Below are positions 51,301 through 64,000 of a stretch of DNA of 64,000 nucleotides, piece after piece. Numbering within the stretch: position 1 is the first letter of the stretch; each line of letters opens with the position of its first letter. A model generated the notes under the pieces. It had not been told where the DNA came from. It saw only the letters and a program-made list of their open reading frames with translations, and made no database searches. Position numbers and translations under genes: made by a program. Source of the stretch: Azolla caroliniana (taxonomy: Eukaryota > Plantae > Polypodiophyta); the NCBI GenBank assembly GCA_043228905.1, contig JBHGNT010000001.1, forward strand, positions 7,378,001 to 7,442,000, in the 5' to 3' direction.

Positions 51301-52833
51301 CATTTCGATGTCTTTTCTTTATGTTAACGTCAATAGTTTTATTATTGAACCATTTTTTTTCTAGAAATGACCCCATCTATGTCATGTTATTTAAGAGAGA
51401 AAATCTGAAAATGCATAGGTTATGAGAATCAGCACTGCATGCTTTCATCTCCATTTGCAATGTGATTTTTGTATCAAAGGAATTGGTTGAAGAGTCAGGA
51501 TACAAGATGAAATATTATTATTGAATTTTAATACTTGAGTTCACCATACATTTTGTCCCTGATGTAAAAGTAATCAAGAGGTTATATTATGTGATTAAAA
51601 GTACAATGATCCACGATCATATATATAGGGAAAATGACTGGTAGAGCGATGAGGTAGAAGATGATCAAGTGACTATTATATACTTGGATCATAGACCACA
51701 TGATTTCTATAGACATAGTCACAGGAGATCTGAAACAACAAGCAAAAACCAGAAATCAATTTCCAGAAGCATATTAAGTCATAAATTATAAGTTTGCTCA
51801 GGATGTGATATTTCTAACATCATTTGTTAATCATGCTAAACTTTGCTGAAAAATGCGATTTTTCTAACTATAGGAATAATGCTTCTGATTTTGCAGCATG
51901 TTTTCAGAACTATGTTCCTCATCCAGCGTTGAAAATCCACAATCATCAGTGGAGCAGTTTTTGGATCTTCAAAAGTTGCTCTCACAAGCAATAGCCGTAG
52001 CAGATGCATTTAATGGAATGGAAAATGCAAGCAAGTCAATAGATGTAGAGGCAAATTTAATGCAAGAGTACCAAAGCATTTGCATTGAGAAAGGAAAAAG
52101 GGCACAACTATGGGTGAGAGCTGCTTTATCAACTGATTTAGCTTCTTTTACACTCTTGACAAAACCTATAAGCACTAGAGTCTCCAAGAAAGGAACATCA
52201 TCTAAAGAAACCCCATCCACAAACGATGTATTTCGTGATCAATCATGCCATTTCGCACTAGTGTTGGAAAGAGAATCTGGTGAAGAATCCTTGCGAAGTA
52301 GAAATCCAGGCCTTCAGAATAAAATCAACAAGACAAATGACAATGGTGGGTCTGAAGCTCAATCAAAGCCACTTAATTCAGCCAGAAATTCAACACAGAA
52401 AATTTCCAGGAAGGCTGAAAATGCTACAGCTATAGGCAAGAGAAAGCTCAAAGACCATCCAATTGCTGCTCAACCTTCACAACAAGCTGATAAATGGATC
52501 AAAGGCTGTGGCTTGAAGGACATCTTGGACCTTGCAAAGCAGCTTCAACAAGAATCTCAAAACTGGTTTTTCGGCTTCTTTGAGGCTGCATTAGACTCTG
52601 GGTTTCATTTATCGGCTGGAATAGAAACATCTCATAATCAGGATAATAGCCAAATTGTGGCTATGCTATCACAGCTTAAAAGGGTGAATGACTGGCTAGA
52701 CCATCTAGAAGAAGAAGAAGTTTTGGCTAATACTCTTTCTGGTTTGAAGCAAAAGATTTACCATTTCCTTATACAACATGTGGAATTGGCTGCCACTGCA
52801 TTGGGCAATCAGACCAAAAGTATAGAAGCCTAG
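48400..52833 (+). CDS. DUF936 family (CORD-like, plant microtubule-associated) protein, ~972 aa
   Basis: Exons 48400-49902, 50718-51104, 51189-51280, 51897-52833. N-terminus [14 protein letters not shown]...[38 protein letters not shown]. Conserved [64 protein letters not shown] and [12 protein letters not shown]. Confidence 0.92.
48825..49085 (+). repeat. Coding minisatellite (21/24-bp units) encoding (M)MTS[HQ][QRP]SP repeats
   Basis: In-frame units such as atgacatcacatcgatcccca and atgacatcacaaccatccccg, about 11-12 copies including degenerate ones. Confidence 0.9.
50175..50350. repeat. ~90-bp duplication in DUF936 intron 1
   Basis: 'gagagtgt.gattggctgaataatttt.gaaggg...tagctac.accacttt.tat.caaataaacta' occurs twice. 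Confidence 0.8.
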
Positions 52834-55800
52834 AACCACATTCCGCCTAACAAATACTCTAGTTTGTCTGAAAGCAAGATGTCCGCCATTTATTCATACA
52901 TGTGCTCTTCCATTGGAAAATAAATCAAGCCAAATCATGTGCAGAAGAAGCATAAGTGTTTCATTCTGATGTCAAAAAAAGGGCAAAGAAAAATGCTCTG
53001 AAAGGAAAATTTTAAAACAAATCAATTTGGCTAGAATTCTAGAATCCAAAATATCGTCATGTTGCTTCACAATGTGGAATTAGTTTATCTTGCCTTCGGA
53101 AACAGGTCCAATTTGAGAGGAAGAAGCCCAAAAATGCATCTTAAGATCACCCAGTGGAAAAAGAAAGAGAAAAAGAAGAAGAAGGAGAACACATTTCATC
53201 CACAAAAAGAAAGAAAGGGGGATGTATGATTGCTTACCTATCCAATTAACATCCCATTTCTGCACGGTGATGGTATCAGCAAAATCCCTCCGTAAACTCT
53301 TCAAAAACAGGTTAGACAAGAAATGGGTCCTTTTTATTTATTTATTTGCAAGTCTGGTTGGTTATCAGAAGCTAAAAGAAGGAAGGGGATGAAACAGGGC
53401 AGCTTTCATACAGCCATATTAAGTCTTAAGGTTTTTCTTCTCAGAAAAACCCATTGTTTAGCTTTTAACATGTGCAAGCAATTGTGTGTAGATACTAGAT
53501 ACTAGAGATCATTAGGAATATATTGAGATATCATTAGGAACAAATATATTATGTATATATATCTTACAATGATCAATACAGGAAAGAGATATACAAGGGT
53601 TATTGGAAGTTACAAGTCACGATACGGGGGGAGTTGTGGCTATATATACCACTTGCGTCGGAAAAGTTGTCGATAACTACCCTTATGCATGTGTGTATCT
53701 AACTAGATGGGAAACCGCATGCATGTATGTGTTTGAAAGAAGCATCGACCAAGATAATGTGACACCTCTCCCTCTGGTGGCATTGAGATTTTATATGCCG
53801 CAAGCATCTAAAAATGTCCATTGATGTTTGATCCAAAGAAAGAGATATGGTTGATCCAACAACTAAAGTTTGACCTTACACAATCTTGGGACTCTTATTT
53901 CCAATGCATACTGAAGGTTCCTTCTATGTTTGAATAGAGAATGATATATGGTTATCCAACCAGATGGGGGAATCGAAAGTCATTTTATGAGGCTCCCCAC
54001 CTACAATAAATCACACGCATGGAACTATTCTCGTGACCCCCACATGCAAGGGTAGTTTCAAGTCATAGCCTAATCACCTTACTTTCCATAAGCTTTGGTC
54101 ATTTGTCTCCTTCCTCCTTGATCATGTGTAATCACATTAACTTTGTTGTAAATATTATGATGTCTCGTACTGTGATTTATGAAAAAACATCTATTTTACT
54201 TGATATGACTTGTAACTAGGGACTTTGAACTAAATGTTTAAGTAAGGTGTTGCATGCTTCTTTTTTCAAGGAACGTGGCATTGGACAGATGTGACAAACT
54301 CAAACCCAACCCATGAGATTATAAACCGTTTAATCCACAATATAATATCTTCTAAATGTATTGATATAACTCTTTCAATTTGAAAAGGCCCATAAATATC
54401 TTGATTCCTTTAATAATTGTTAGTTGTAAGACAATGCTTATCAAGGACATGAAAGTAGTAACTTGGCAAAATCCTATAAGTAGACTATTTATTCATTGAA
54501 ACATATATATGATTAAGTTTGAAGTGTGGAATACCCATCAATCAATCTTTGTGCTTTGAATGGTGGTTTCTAAACATCAAAGAGGTTCCCAATAGTGGGA
54601 ATTTTTTTTTTGAAAAAGTATGCAAATATTGTAGAGTTTGGACCAATAGATCATCTCAAAATTACAAGTATTATCCCTTCAAAATTACAAGTATTCTATT
54701 AATATGCTCCAATTTGTATGCATGTTTTGGTATCACGAACATACTAAAGCCATATTTTATTTATGTCTGTATGCATATCCCTGCCTCCAAACTTGAGAGA
54801 ATCCTAGTTCAATCCTCGTTATTGGTTTGGTGTAATTACATATGTTGTATTCCGTCAGTCATGGATGCAAGAAGCTATCTATATAAAGTTGTCATCAGCC
54901 CCTCTCAAGTTGATCTCATGGGTTCCAAGCTTCTGAATTGTTCTTGTTCTTGTTCTTTTGATTCAAATACTTGCATGCACTACACTGTTAAGCTATCAAA
55001 TGAAGTCTAATGCACGAGGTAGGATTGAACGGATCGCGAGGGTTGCCAAAGCAACCATGTTCTCAACTCAAGTAGCTTGCGACTTATCTCTTCCATATGC
55101 ATCTTATGATTTGCCGATCACTTACCCAATATACCAATCTTGCCTTCACAAGGTATCATCTCAAAGGGTCTTGCTTATGCTAAACGTCTAACTTTACAAA
55201 CACTTAATGATTTTCACATTGTCACTCAAACTAATCCTCATATTCAGATACACACATTCTTCACCATTTAAATACCTATCATACTCAGTTCATGGCTTAC
55301 AATTATACGTTGAAAATAATAAAAATGATCATAGTATACTGTTGAATGTGTATAAGAATTGAATTACATGCAATAAAAGCCTTACACAAACTATCTTGAT
55401 CTTTTTTCACATTGTAATGGACATATTTATATGTTTTAGGTGGTTCATCACTTGCCATTCCCTAAAGTAAGGTCCATTGGTTGATTGACTAACATTCACT
55501 TTCATCTAAATTTGTGAGCCTTTCTATTCGAAGGTCCCTTTACTTCCAAACATAGCCTATATCCCAAATGTATACATGTTATATCCTTATCATCATGTTC
55601 ATGCATGCTAGACAACCAACAAATTGCATTGTTCTAAGGTTTTGTGTGATGTTGTGGTTTGGATTATTGTAAACGTTTTAGCCACAACTTTAATTCGTTG
55701 TCACATTCTTACTACATCAATAGGAACGACCATTGTCACATGGAGCTACATTATAAGTGTACAATCAATATCTATCTACCTATCCATATATATATAAATT

Positions 55801-56819
55801 CATATGATCAAGCGAATACATTGTCAAAACAATTGCGATTGCATCATAAAGGAGCCCCATAAGCAAGAGAGAGTCAACAATATAGTACAACGAGTCATAG
55901 GAATAGTTAAACGAGCAAAGGTTGGGTGTGATGTGGATATTGTGGAACCATACAGAATAGAGACCTATGTGTATATCCTAAGAAACAAAGAAAACAAGAT
56001 GGAAAAGCTACAAAGAATAACACAAATGTCTTTGAACATGGAAAGTGTGTGACGGGGGGATGGATAACAAACAAACAATTAGAGATAAAAGTGAAGGAAG
56101 CAATGGGAATGGGCCAAGGGTTTGATCTCTTTGTTGTGTGTCTATATCATATCTACAAAACTATAGACATAATATAGACACACAACACATTAAGTGTGAT
56201 AAAAACGAAGAGTTTGAGAAATGAAAGGAGAGTGACATAGAGGTTCCGCCCAATTATGGGATATGTATATATCGTTGATGTTTGATCGCGAAAGATGCAT
56301 AAGGTATCAGGGGGGCTATGGTTCAACCGGAGTACGTGGAATGGAATGCCTTCACTTTTGATCGCCAAGTTCGCGCGAGGAAATATGCTGCAGAGTTCAA
56401 AAAAGGACATCACTGTTGTGGCAATTGATAGTGTTAGAGAGAAGCCATGGAATCTGAACCAACGAAAGGGAGGCGAATGTGCAAGGTGACATGCCATCAT
56501 AATTGACATCTGAATTGAATTGGCGTGTAGGGAGGGTTGAGACGAAGTTCGTAGTTGTAGAGTATTCAGATGCCTAGAAGTCTACTAAAGTTCCTTCTAA
56601 AGTTTGTTCTTTAAGCGTAGTAGAATTTAGATCCATAGAGTTCTACTAAAGTTCCATCTAAAGTTGGTCATGGATAATGGTGGTGTTTTTTCGTAAGTAA
56701 AAGCATTTACTTACTTACGAAGAAGAGAGACAGAGAGAGCAAGCAAAAGCCTTTTCTTCTTCTTCTTCTTCTACACATTCAAAATCTCGCTCTGTACTTT
56801 CCCGCCGAATACAACTCTT

Positions 56820-56822
<3 letters not shown>

Positions 56823-56869
<47 letters not shown>

Positions 56870-56875
56870 GTCTCC
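56823..56875. repeat. (CT)n microsatellite in the 5' UTR of the BRCT gene
   Basis: Direct reading; lies immediately upstream of the ATG at 56882. Confidence 0.95.
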
Positions 56876-56881
56876 GTGGCC

Positions 56882-59800
56882 ATGGCTGACGACGATAGCT
56901 CTGTCGAGGACTCCTCAGACATATTCTCAGGACTTCGTTTTCTTCTCTCTGGCTTCGATCCGGATACATACGATCAGGTATTCTCCATTTCCATGTGTTT
57001 TCACTGATCCCTCATCCTCACCCAAAATGTAAACCAAATTCTGCTCGAAAAATCTAACCCTGAATCTAAAACACTTACAACCTAAAATCGTAATCTTTTC
57101 CAGAACCATAACCCTGGCCCTAACTTTCGGATTGTTTTGTCACAGCTTTCTGCTGCTCTCGAGCAGAATGGAGGCGTTAATATGGAAGAATTTGATGCTT
57201 CGTGCACACATGTAGTTGTCTCGAAATCAGTTATATGGGTAAGCGGAAAGGAGAAGAAAAACAGAAGTGTGATGTAAAAGATGTTCAAAAGAAGATGAAT
57301 ATAATATAAAATTCACTCGATTCCGGAGTAGTATGAAACGTTTGAGGCTTGCTGTGAATTTCAAGTATGTTATTTGAACATATGGACAAATCCGGTGCCC
57401 AGAAATGTAGACCCAAACTCAGGGTACTTTTCTTCTGCATCACTCTAAAAATATTGATGAATACAATGCATTTTCCACACAGGTCACTGTCTAGTTGCAG
57501 ATAAATGTTAAATGAAACATATGAGTTTAGAATAATATCCTGGAGCACATGAATGAATATTATGCAACTTGCATACATGATGTAGTATTGTGGACACTTC
57601 AAGAGCAGGAAAAAACACGGGTGAATGGGGTTTGAAGAAATCCAATGTTAATGATTTTTACATTTTGAACTATTTCAAAATTCCCCTGAAAATGAAGGCA
57701 CATACATCTCTATATTACGAGAAGTTTTAGAGTAAATTCTTCAAAATTATATATCGAGATGTTTGGGTATCTGCTCTGAAAAATTTCATCAAATTTAAGC
57801 GGTAAAACATTTGTACATAAAAAAACTCTGAGAGAATTTTTATATGTATCATACTATATATTGAATTCCAAGAATGATTAATTTCACCACAGGATGATCC
57901 AATTTGTGAGATAGCAAGGAAAAATGGGACGTTTCTTGTGACGGAGATATGGGTTTCGGATTGCTTGGAGATTGGTGTGATTGCTGATGTAAACCATGTA
58001 TGTGATTTGATTTCTGCTTTACATGATATTGAGAAGCACATCCACATAGATATGCAGACCTCATGGTCATTTCTTTGTATAAGTTTATTGCATTTTCACC
58101 TCACATTGAGATTTCCTAGCTAAATTTTGATGGTTTATCAAAAAGAAATGGTGTGTGTCTGCCTTTAAGTTAATTCTACAAGCTTTTGAATACATAGAAT
58201 CTGGACCGATAGACACTTGTAATGTGTCAACATGGACATGGAGAAATATAGATGTCTTATTTGGTTTGTCATTTTACTAGATATAAGAGATGGACTTATA
58301 CCATGCAGTGTCTAGATTTAAGAGAAATATAGATGTCTTATTTGGTTTGTCATTTTACTAGATATAAGAGATGGACTTATACCATGCAGTGTCTAGATTT
58401 AAGAGAAATATAGATGTCTTATTTGGTTTGTCATTTTACTAGATTTAAGAGATGCTTTTGAATACATAGAATCTGGACCGATAGACACTTGTAATGTGTC
58501 AACATAGACATGGAGAAATATAGATGTCTTATTTGGTTTGTCATTTTACTAGATATAAGAGATGGACTTATACCATGCAGTGTCTAGATTTAAGAGACGG
58601 ACTTATATCATGCAGTGTTATTTGATAAGTGATATTTTGTATTCTTTATTCTTTAGTGATGCCAATATATTTGCTATCTTTGCTTTATTTTAGCCATGAT
58701 CACATTATGATGTGATAATTTATGATAGTTTTATTAATTACTTGCCATTATATGTGATGCACCAATCTTGCCACTATTAGAACTCACTCTCCAATTCAAA
58801 AGCTTTCACAGAATAACTAAAGGGAGAGTTATATTTAAGTGAACATTTTAAGATCGAAGTTTCATATACAATTTTCTTCAATTTGAATATTGGTCATTCT
58901 GTTTTGCCATATTTACATCAAAATCTTTCACAGAATAACTAAAGAGAGAGTTCTATTTAAACACATACGCATGAGTGGTAGGATAGTAGGGAGCGAGAGG
59001 TAAGGATCTTTTTTAACATCTTGCAGGTTGTATATAGACCTCTTCGTAATTTGGAAGGAATTCCTGGAAGCGATGATCTTGTCGTGTGCTTGACAGGTTA
59101 TCAATCTCAAGCTCGTACAAATGTCATGGTAACTCGTTATATACCACTCTTACAAATTTGCAAATATTCATGATTTTTATGGCATAGTACTATATTGTGC
59201 AATAGCTACCAAACACAGTAGTGAGATATGATATATTATAGTGAAAGGTACGAATTAGTTTGGAAAAAGTGATAACTAATTTGTTTATAAGAAATTTGAC
59301 GCATGGTGTGGCACATGTGTTTGTACGACTGATGTGGTTGCATCAAGAACTCTAATGGTATTCTAATGTAATGTTTTAATCTGTCAAAGTAATTGATGTT
59401 ATGGTTAGAAGGAGGACCTGGTCAAAAGCATGCCAGATGTTGTGTAAATGACTTGTTTGTTACTTTTAAACTACTTGTTTATTTTAATCTCAATGTTAAT
59501 TTGCAGAGGATGGTGTATTTGATGGGAGCAAAGTTCTCTAAACCTTTGGTTGCAATTAGTGTTACACATCTAGTATGTTATAAGTTTGAAGGTAATAATA
59601 TTATAAACATTTCTTAATGTTTTTCTTTGCATTTAAGAAAAATTGATAGCATTGTTGATCTATATTAAATATCATACTGTGAAAGAACTTGAGGAGATGA
59701 TTCTAGAATTGTAAACTTCTTTTTGAATATGAATTTAAGTGTATTTTTCTCGTACTTGATTTGATGGTCTCTATTTGCTTGAGTCCCAGGTTACTCATAG

Positions 59801-62800
59801 TATGGGTTATATGGTCCTCGAGAGGAAGCTCGCTATATGTTCATGTGTTTGTACAACATGAAAGGAGAGTGCCACATAAAGTCTCTTATTGTCTCTAGAT
59901 GGTGCTTTTTTGTTGCATATTTTCGTTTCAATCTATCTTTGGCTGCTTGTACCATGGAAAATTTTGCCAAGAGTGCACACAAATGTAATTATCTTCTTCA
60001 AAGAAGGATATCCAAGGTTGAAAGGCATTCCATTTGAGTTCATTGACTACTTCAGCTTGACCCTTTTTTGGCTGTTGTGTAGGTTGTTGACTTATGGCTA
60101 ATCGAGTTCAATGTTTACCTCCTTTTTATAACTTCCACTTGTCCGGTTTCTTTAACTTAACTTTGAATTGTAAAAAACATAGCATGAAAACCCCCCGAAA
60201 TTGCAAGCAGAAACTCTAAATGCAGCAATTAGCCCTGGAAGACAGAAACTGTAAAATGCAACAAGAAATGAAAGAAAGAAAGAAAGAAAGAAAGAAAGAA
60301 ATATGAACATCTACTAGAGGGCAATATTGTCCAATGAGACAATCATGTTATTTATATGGGTGAATTCATGTAAACTGTTCCAAAACAAAAATAAAAGCTT
60401 TAGGTTTCCTAAAGCTCCACAATCATGATCTTAATGTGTGTGGTGCATTGATTTTTGAGATAGTTTACAAGCATGGAGTGCATAGCTAATGTGTATGGGT
60501 AGTGTTGATTGGATTTTGTATTCAAGGTTGGTGCAGTGAAAGGACATTATGACAAAGTTTAAGAATTATATTTGGGTGTCCACATTGGACTGGACATGAT
60601 GAACAATCTCCATTGTAGTTTTCATTGCTTTTCTTGATTGATGGTGATTCCTCAACATGTTATTGGAGCTAAGGAACTATGGAAGGAATTAGTGATGTAC
60701 TATTGTTGTTGCAACCCACATCCTAATATAACATTTGGTTTTCTCATCCTTTTGAAGCTTGAGCAAGATTTGCCAAAACGGTCTTGGGTCAGCCGTGTTC
60801 ACCATTTATTGAATGGGGATGAAGTCTGTATAGTGGGTATCATACTTCTCTGTGATGTAGGTGAAAGTTACACAAATTGTGCCTTGCATTCAATCTAATC
60901 TTCACACATTACAAAATTTTTAGCTCTATAAATGCTAAGTTCTTGTCTTGCCTCGATCTGCAGTTGGGAATAGAAAACTTTGGTTTGCCCTATTGCTTTG
61001 CGATTCCTATGGGGCATGTTGATGTTCATGTACCTTGGTTTTTGTATGAAGTTCATGAAATGATCTTTGTAGCAGGCTATCTTTGGGAGAAATGACTCCC
61101 CTGGGCCGATCACATTTTTTGGGGAAACCTCGATTTTTGTGAAGTTCATGAAATGATCTTTGTAGTAGGCCAGCTATAGAGGCAGTAGCTCCCGTGGTGT
61201 GAAGATTGGTTTTGTATAAAGTTATTGAAATGATCTTTGTAGCAGGCCATCTTTGTGGTAAGTGGCTCACTTAGTGTGAGCCCCGTCTCTTCGATATAGA
61301 GCTGCCATAGAGATTGCTGCAATATCTTGTTACTTTCATCATGTTGGAGAGGTGTACAATATCGAAAGGGTGGCATGTTCTCAGTATTGAGGCAATTGTT
61401 GTTGATCTACTTCATCAACTGTGAGTACTATGATCCTTCTTTGAGTTTTATTGTTGTCATTTGCTTCCATGCTTCAAACATCTTATGTATAATTCTCTGA
61501 GATGGCATGGTTTCAATCCGGTTGATGAGGTTCATTGTCTGGAATAATGCCACTGCCGTCATGTGGGATGCTTCCAACTGAGCATGGATGATCTCATGTA
61601 GGATGGATGCTTTGCTATGTAAAATTTGTGTCAGAATCATGATTTGTGGATGCTCTATTTGTGTCCACATAACATGGGGAGGCTTGGAGGTAATATGGTG
61701 AAACAGTACATGAGGGCAAGAGTGATCATGGTGTCAAATAACCAAATAACCATACTTTAGTATTGGGCTCTTGGAAGTGTGCTTGGTGGCATGGTCCTTC
61801 TAGCTTGGCTAGAGCTGCATATCCTTGAGTGAGTTGATCTTTAGTGGCTTGGTTTATAGAGAAGCTTTCAGATTCTTGTAAATGTGACTCCTATATATAG
61901 AGAGGAATCCACTTCTTCAACTTGTCCTCTTGATAGCCTATAGGGGAAAAATAACTTATTTGTGAGTCTGCGCAGATTTGTGGAAGATCATGGCCTTATT
62001 CTTTTCTAGTTTTATTGTGAGCTCTTTTTTGCATCAAAATCCATGTAAGGCATTGGGATGATTTTGTAGATCTGTATAAGACCTAGAGACCAAGAACATA
62101 AAGAAGAATGTGAACATGTATATCTAATATGTCAACTCTTTTGCTGCTGTCACGTGTGTTGTTTGCTACCTCATTGATATAGAGTTTGAAGACGGTATGG
62201 GAGAGTGGGCATTCTTGTTTCACACCAATGGTGCTTGTGATAACCTTCAAAGCCCCCTAGAAGCCTAACTTGTCCTGACACTTTCTCATATAATGGACAT
62301 ATACCCCATGCCATGTTAGGATGAATTTTGGGTGCACAGAGTCTTTGTGGGAGATGTTCTCTTATGACATTATCAGATGCCTTGTAAAAATCTACAAAGC
62401 ATCAATACAATCACATGTTTTGCACCTTTCTAGGATTTGGTTGGCGGTAGAGTACGCTCTCCTAAATCTTGCTTGGCTTTGTGCTCGTATCTCTATTGAC
62501 CTGGGTGTAAGTGTTGACTACTTCTCTATAAAATTTGGCCAGTGTGTGGTCAATTGTGACAGTTAAATAATTCCTTGGTTGGAAGGGGTCCTCTCACTTA
62601 TGAACATGCACGATCATGCACATGGTCCACTTATTGGAATGTCCTCAAACAAGGCCCTAGTGAAAATGTGTGCAAGGATTGGGAGAACTGTACTTACTGC
62701 ATATATGAGGTGCTTGCATTGTAGTCCTGTGTAGTCAGAAAACCTTGTATGAGCTGAAGGTGGAGGAAGCAGGGCAAGTCTTTGAGGATTGTGGTAGAGG

Positions 62801-63076
62801 GGGCTGGTGAGGGACATTATACAATCTTTCTGCTTAAAAATGCCAGAATTGTGGTTCCTTGATTGGAGCCAGGTTATGGGGTTTTTTGATACGTTGTTAG
62901 GTAGAGTCTGAGTGTTTGCTTATGAAGAGGTGGTATAAATTCCAATATTGTGCTTCCTCAAAAGAATGTCTTTTTTGCCTCATAATAGTTTGCACTTGCT
63001 TGTGAGCTATTTGTTGTGTAAACACATCTCTTTTGGTTCAGGCATATTTCCATGGAGGTTATGTGATAAAAAAAGC

Positions 63077-63141
<65 letters not shown>

Positions 63142-63305
63142 AGCCCAGATGGATGTAGCTCAGTTGGTAAGATTGTTCAATGGAGACCAGAAGAAGGTCA
63201 TGTTTTCAAAACCTACATTCCCCAGTGGCATCAACTAAATTAAGAGAATTTATATGGAGTGATAGAGGCGAGAAAGATAGACCTTGAACCCAAGGCTTAG
63301 GATTA

Positions 63306-63342
<37 letters not shown>

Positions 63343-64000
63343 AAGCCACAGGTGCCAAGTTTTCTCTGGCGAAACAGATTGGGCTTAAATTGGTTAATCA
63401 TAAATGGCTCGAAGACTGGTAAAATTGCATAAAAGCAAGGTGCATTTGATTATCGGCATATGATGTTTTTATTTAACCGGAATTTCCTTGGATGGTTTGG
63501 CAGTTTGAAATCATGGTCAATCTTGTCTGAAGAGGATTATATGAAGAGGTATTTTTTCATTGTCGAAGATTTGTTTGCATTGATGATAATAGTGCTGATT
63601 CCAACTGATCTATGATGCCGTCTCTTTCAATTTTTGTAGTGGTGTGGAAGCTGAACTGCTGGAGGCAGAGGCTAAGGATTCTGAGGATAATGGAAGCAGT
63701 AGAGTTGAGGCAACAAGTGAGCATCGAATAAGCAATATAGCTGCTGGAGTTTGTGAATCCGGAAAACAGGAGTTTGTGTCCACTAATAGAGTGGCAGTTA
63801 ATGGAACTTTAAATTCATCTGGGGTTGAGGCCTCTAAGTCCATGCCTGCTCGATGTGTAGAAGTTCTGGTGCAGGATCTGATAAGTGATGCACAAACAGT
63901 CAAGTATGAGGTTGACACTACTGTTGCTGAAAATATGCTCATTGATGACGAAAGTGGAAACTTCCATAGAGGAGATCCAGCTAGGAGGCATCCTATTTCT
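56882..64000 (+). CDS. BRCT-domain protein (At4g02110-like), 3'-incomplete
   Basis: Exons 56882-56977, 57146-57238, 57893-57997, 59027-59128, 59507-59591, 63352-63418, 63504-63548, 63640-64000+. Product FSGLRFLLSGFDP..CTHVVV..DDPICEIARK..WVSDC..YRPLRNLEGIPGS..VCLTGYQ..RMVYLMGAKFSKPLVA..VTHLVCYKFEGAKFSLAK..KLVNHKWLEDCLKSW..EAEAKDSED. Confidence 0.9.
58182..58618. repeat. Nested tandem repeat (81-bp unit within a ~270-bp duplication) in BRCT intron 3
   Basis: 'agaaatatagatgtcttatttggtttgtcattttactagat' occurs 4 times and 'gcttttgaatacatagaatctggaccgatagacacttg' twice. Confidence 0.9.
60269..60301. repeat. (GAAA)n microsatellite
   Basis: Direct reading of the sequence. Confidence 0.9.
60400..62950 (-). 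mobile_element. Degraded non-LTR retrotransposon (RT with RTE/L2-like motifs) in BRCT intron 5
   Basis: Minus-strand RT remnants: WTMCMIVHVHK..DPFQPRNY..TIDHTLAKFY, QARFRRAYST, CFVDFYKASDNVIRE, STIGVKQECPLSHTVFKLYINE. An internal triplication 'gaaatgatctttgtag.aggc' lies at 61045-61255. Confidence 0.75.
63078..63337 (+). mobile_element. tRNA-derived SINE-like element flanked by two (GA)n tracts
   Basis: (GA)n at 63079-63137, A-box TAGCTCAGTTGG at 63156-63167, degenerate B box at ~63202, body matching 44095-44265, then (GA)n at 63308-63337. Confidence 0.65.

Noticed and set aside
53480-56560. Possible LTR/TE remnants or a hidden gene between DUF936 and BRCT
   Set aside because: No recognisable protein motifs, consistent exon chain or verifiable termini. 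The 163-aa ORF at 54519-55010 starts at TTG and looks compositionally random.
58182-58618. Possible CRISPR-like array (also 28366-28606 and 61045-61255)
   Set aside because: The intervening sequences are themselves repeated or irregular, there are no cas genes, and the context is eukaryotic intron/TE DNA.
63145-63230. Functional tRNA gene
   Set aside because: An A box is present, but the B box/T arm is degenerate, no consistent cloverleaf is visible, and diverged dispersed copies share non-tRNA 3' sequence, which fits a SINE-like element.

Overview
This is AT-rich land-plant nuclear DNA, most likely a fern, judging from the fern-style PLS PPRs, a DYW:WW-type PG box and a plastid atpE fragment. 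It is not prokaryotic: I found no CRISPR array, rRNA or intact tRNA gene. I reconstructed six genes by hand from GT-AG boundaries and reading frame. Two are tandem paralogues of a ~97-aa ubiquitin-like (Elongin-B-like) gene (29-1686 and 20428-22567, +). The others are an intronless 800-aa PLS PPR gene (25802-28204, -), a 17-exon ABCB half-transporter of the ALS1/ABCB27 type (30343-36265, -), a 4-exon DUF936/CORD-like gene (48400-52833, +) and the 5' part of an At4g02110-like BRCT gene (56882-64000+, +). Between them lie PPR pseudogenes, LINE and LTR remnants, a 600-bp solo LTR with TSD, a tRNA-derived SINE-like family and many micro/minisatellites. The most notable observation is that the PPR gene's apparent 3' UTR holds a complete but triply frameshifted DYW:WW deaminase domain whose catalytic HxE motif reads HND, while the PPR array upstream is intact. 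This looks like an RNA-editing factor caught losing its deaminase. I found no convincing wholly novel system. All family calls come from motif recognition, not database searches.
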